Source: Camelus dromedarius
Taxonomy: Eukaryota
NCBI RefSeq assembly: GCF_036321535.1
Contig: NC_087451.1
Location: forward strand, 47,306,001-47,370,000
Reading direction: 5' to 3'
DNA: 64,000 nucleotides
Shown here: positions 59,783 through 64,000 of the stretch, in pieces
Layout of the letters: each line of letters starts with the position of its first letter
How positions within the stretch are numbered: the stretch's first letter is position 1
The notes under the pieces: model-generated
The model's database searches: none
The model's input: the letters and a program-made list of their open reading frames with translations, nothing else
What the model was told of the DNA's origin: nothing
Position numbers and translations under genes: made by a program

Positions 59783-59797
59783 CCACTAGATGGAGCT
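59783..59797 (+). promoter_or_regulatory. CTCF motif
   Basis: CCACTAGATGGAGCT; fits CCASYAGRKGGCRS except A at the C position. Confidence 0.5.
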
Positions 59798-59810
59798 AAA
59801 AATATAAATA

Positions 59811-60133
59811 CATAGTCATATCTCAGTATCGTTGGGAAAACGGTTCCAGGACCCTTCCTCGGACACCAAAATCTGAGGATGCTCAAGTCTCTTACATAAA
59901 TTAGCATAGTATTTGTAAATAAGCCACATATGAGCCTCCCATACTTTAAATCATCTCTATACTTATTATACCCTATTCAATATAAATACTATGTAAATAG
60001 TTTCTGGGGGATGTGGCAAATTGCAGTTTTGCTTTTTGGAACTTCCTGAAATTTTTTTTTCCCAAATATTTTCAATCAGAGGTTAGCTGAATCCATGGAT
60101 GCAGAACCCACAGGTATGGGGGAGCCCACTGCA
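59811..60133 (+). mobile_element. MER2 (TcMar-Tigger MITE)
   Basis: tagtcatatctcagtatc..ggttccaggaccc..accaaaatctgaggatgctcaagtc..atccatggatgcagaacccacaggtatggggagcccactg. Confidence 0.85.
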
Positions 60134-60664
60134 ATAGTACCAATATTTCTTCTACAACACTATTCCCGAAATACTATAGCGAGTTTTCATTTTAGTGATA
60201 GTTTTTTGAAGCATAAAAGACAGAACTTTAGATTGAACTTTAATAAGCTGGAATCAGATTTATGAAATCTGTTCATGGAACAAACTAGATTTTTCTCAAA
60301 ATTTATATGTGTTTCTATCTTTCCCATCTTGAATGAGAAACATAATTGAGATAATTTTTAGAGGCAAGAACCTCTCAAAGAAGCCAGTAATGGGAGCTGT
60401 GCCAGAGAAAGAGTAACACCTTATTTTGGTGGGTTTTTTAAGAATATAGTTTTTAATTTAATAAGGCATTTTATTTTTATCACAAGAACTGCAGGAAATA
60501 GAAGAAAATCTATGGGACAATGGTCCAGAAACCATGACAACTTTTAATAAGTTAGGCAAGTATTAACTTACAAAGGACCAAAGGACCTAAGATTATACCA
60601 GCTATTGGGGACTTACAGCTCAGGAATTCCAGAACATAGCTCTGAATCCTGGATACAATTTATT

Positions 60665-60804
60665 AAAATATTTTTATTTTTATTTTTAAGGAGGGGAGGT
60701 AATTAAGTTACTATTATTTATTTATTTTAATGGAGGTACTGGGGATTGGACCCAGGACCTCATGTATGCTTGCATGCATTCCACCACTGACCTATATCCT
60801 CCCC
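60665..60804 (-). mobile_element. tRNA-derived SINE (camelid type)
   Basis: Reverse complement ggggaggatataggtcagtggtgg...gaggtcctgggtccaatccccagtacctccattaaaataaataaa...taattacctcccc; same family as 3216-3342. Confidence 0.85.
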
Positions 60805-61525
60805 TAATCTGAATCCTGAATACAACTGATATACTACTACTTCTCATGATAAACACCTTTTCTCTCTTTATCTTTCAAAATCTAAAAATCTTCTGCCCAT
60901 CAGCCTTTCTCTAAAACACACACACACACACCCGTATAATGACTTAAAGGAAGGAAATGAATTTGGGGATTCTGGTTCTATTCTCTAATATATCTGACAA
61001 AGAATTTTTAAAAAAAGATACATCTAAAAGTAACATTTGCAACCTGACTTCACTTATGTAGAACTGGTTTTTACCTTCTGTCCGCTAGTAGTCTTCCATC
61101 AATCTATACAGTTCCAGGAACAGGATATATGAGTAAAGTATATACTCCAGATCCTGTGCCCTCGCCTCTCTCAGCCAGTTACTGAAGTTCTTCTTCACTA
61201 TCTGAGTTTTTCTCCAATCTCTTTAGGTAGAACTAGGTACACAAAACGTGAAGAACCATGGAGCCAAGAGCTATTCTCTCCCAATTCAACTGTCTTCACA
61301 TAACTCCGTATCATTCCTCTAGCACTTACTACTTAATTATATTCACCTGATGTCTAGAATTCATCAATTATAAGGCTCATTACTGAATCAATAATTTTAA
61401 AGAAAAGCATTACCAAAACTAGAATTAAGGAAATACGGTATTGTGAAAATAATTAATGCTACCTCTGTCAATATGAAAATGTACATATAAAACGGTTCTT
61501 ATAAAAGTAAATACTAGCGCAATTA

Positions 61526-61759
<234 letters not shown>

Positions 61760-62029
61760 CTACTGTAAGCTATCTATTCATGACCTACAGAAAGGAGGTA
61801 TGAGAGAAGACAGACTCCTTTTTTGAAGAGTACACAATTGTTCACATTTGTATCTTAGAGTAAGCATATTTGAAAAAGGAAGGCACAGTAACCAATGATG
61901 GTATTACGAAGGTAAAGCTATCATAAGCTATTTGGAGGATGCCTGAACAATCATATTTTTCTCAAGAAAAATCTAGAATCTGATTAGGTGGTGAAACTTT
62001 GAATCTCTTCTCCACAATGGATATAACTT

Positions 62030-62275
62030 AACAAGGACCAGCAAACTACAGCCTCCAAGCCAAATCTGAGTGGCTGTTTTAATTAATTAATTAATTAATT
62101 AATTAATTAATTAATTAATTAATTAAATAGTCCACTAGTTAAGAATGGTTTTTACATTTAAAATAACACATAAGCACTTTAGATAAGTAACCACATAATA
62201 TCCTCAATTTTGCATCCTGGCCCCCAACACCTAAAATATTTACTATCTGAGAATTTAAGAAAAAGTTTGCAAAAC
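62030..62275 (+). mobile_element. MER58-like hAT-Charlie element
   Basis: cagcaaactacagcc..ccaaatct; taagaatggtttttacattt; cctaaaatatttactatctg..gaaaaagtttgc. Confidence 0.75.
62079..62126. repeat. (TTAA)12 self-complementary microsatellite
   Basis: 48 bp of perfect TTAA units. Confidence 0.95.
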
Positions 62276-62561
62276 TATACAGAAAATATTTTGTATTTGC
62301 ACTCACTAAAATGTGACTGTTTGGATTACCAATACAGTACTACTTTTTGCCCACTACTTAATAAAGCTGCTGCTCTAATCCTCATATATGCTATATATGC
62401 TTTATATATGCAATATGGGATACGTGCTAAACACCTGAGAGGCACTGGCAGAGCGCTTATTTAGAACCTTATGTCTAAATGTATCAGTGAGAATTCTATA
62501 TACATCATGACTGCTTCCAAGCAATGCTGAGAACAGGAAAAGTACAGACCACCACCACTTA

Positions 62562-62969
<408 letters not shown>

Positions 62970-64000
62970 CTAGTAGGACAAAGGGAGGAAAAATAAAAAG
63001 GTCAGATCATAAGGTTGAAGGTATAGTACTTTTGTACTTGGTTATTAGGTCAAACTATTGGATTCTATGTATTTTTATTTCATAAACACTAATTTAACAC
63101 ATTAAAATATCAAGAACTTCATTTTTCATAGGAATTCAAGTAATACTCATTATTTTGCTAGTAAATTTAGTTATGAGTAAATATTAAAGTTAGCTTTGAT
63201 CACTCTGCACATTGATGACAGAATATTAAATTTCTTCTCATGCATTAAGTATAGTAGATATAAAAGTAGTTTATTGGCCAGACAATATTTTATTAGATCT
63301 GAGAGAAAAAATAAGCATATTTACTGTTCCTTATCTGAGACATCTTGCTCCAATTTCTTTCAATGATAATCTCAACTCCAACTACACAGTCTATGATAGA
63401 CCCTATAAAAGTAGGGTATTAGTAGTTGACTATATATTGTTATTATAATTATCTTTTCTTTAAGGGAATAAAACATGTAAAGACATATTTATTAAGGTTT
63501 TACTCTTTAACACCACAAGCAAAAATCTGTAAGTCAGTCAAGTCAACCGATCCTTCAAAGGTCAAACAAAAGTTACGGGGCAAAGGAAGGGACAACCATT
63601 ATTGGTGTGATGATAACAGATGCGAACTAATAAAAATTTCTGAGATAAAACAATTTTAAGTTCAGAGACAAAAGAGGTTTGGATTTAGTTTTTGGTTAAT
63701 CACAGGTTAGTTATTCTATGAATTCAGGCTTTAACAAAATTTGATGAGATATATTTCTATAAGGTATACTGGTCAAGCCTATAAGTGAGAATTTACTCAT
63801 GTACTATACTAAGGCTACAGTTGAAAATTTTTTACCTTAATATAAAATGACAAGATATTGATTGGTTGATTTAGTGTGCAACAAATGCATAGATGACCAA
63901 AGTAACACACTTGTCAAGGAAGTAGTTGTTCGTCCTCCTGCCACCCCGCCAATACTACATCAAATATACCCTTTCCATATTTTACACCAACCAAGGCACT

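Overview
Mammalian genomic DNA, syntenic with human 17q11.2; the tRNA-derived SINEs suggest a camelid (inference). Gene order: ANKRD13B (minus; coding exons 1-5, continues off the left edge), GIT1 (plus; exons 2-19 fully readable, exon 1 and most of the last coding exon under N blocks), TP53I13 (minus; 7 coding exons, 392 aa), ABHD15 (plus; 2 coding exons, 467 aa) and the 3' end of TAOK1 (minus; last three coding exons plus an inferred ~9 kb 3'UTR). I walked each exon by hand and splice phases are consistent. The left ~40 kb is GC-rich with four CpG islands; the right ~24 kb is AT-rich. There are no prokaryotic-type systems, CRISPR arrays, rRNA genes or true tRNA genes. Eight N blocks sit on presumed functional sequence. 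The best leads are unannotated-looking isoform signals: (1) a candidate upstream GIT1 first exon (ATG-CCT-G|GTAAGG) in frame with exon 2 that would delete half of the ArfGAP zinc finger; (2) a frame-preserving 51/54-nt candidate cassette exon in TP53I13 intron 3; (3) a competing TAOK1 donor giving an NMD-immune alternative C-terminus; (4) nine G-tracts abutting the TP53I13 start codon; (5) a near-consensus CTCF site close to the convergent GIT1/TP53I13 ends. All are sequence-level hypotheses needing RNA or chromatin data, and I could not check whether any is already annotated.
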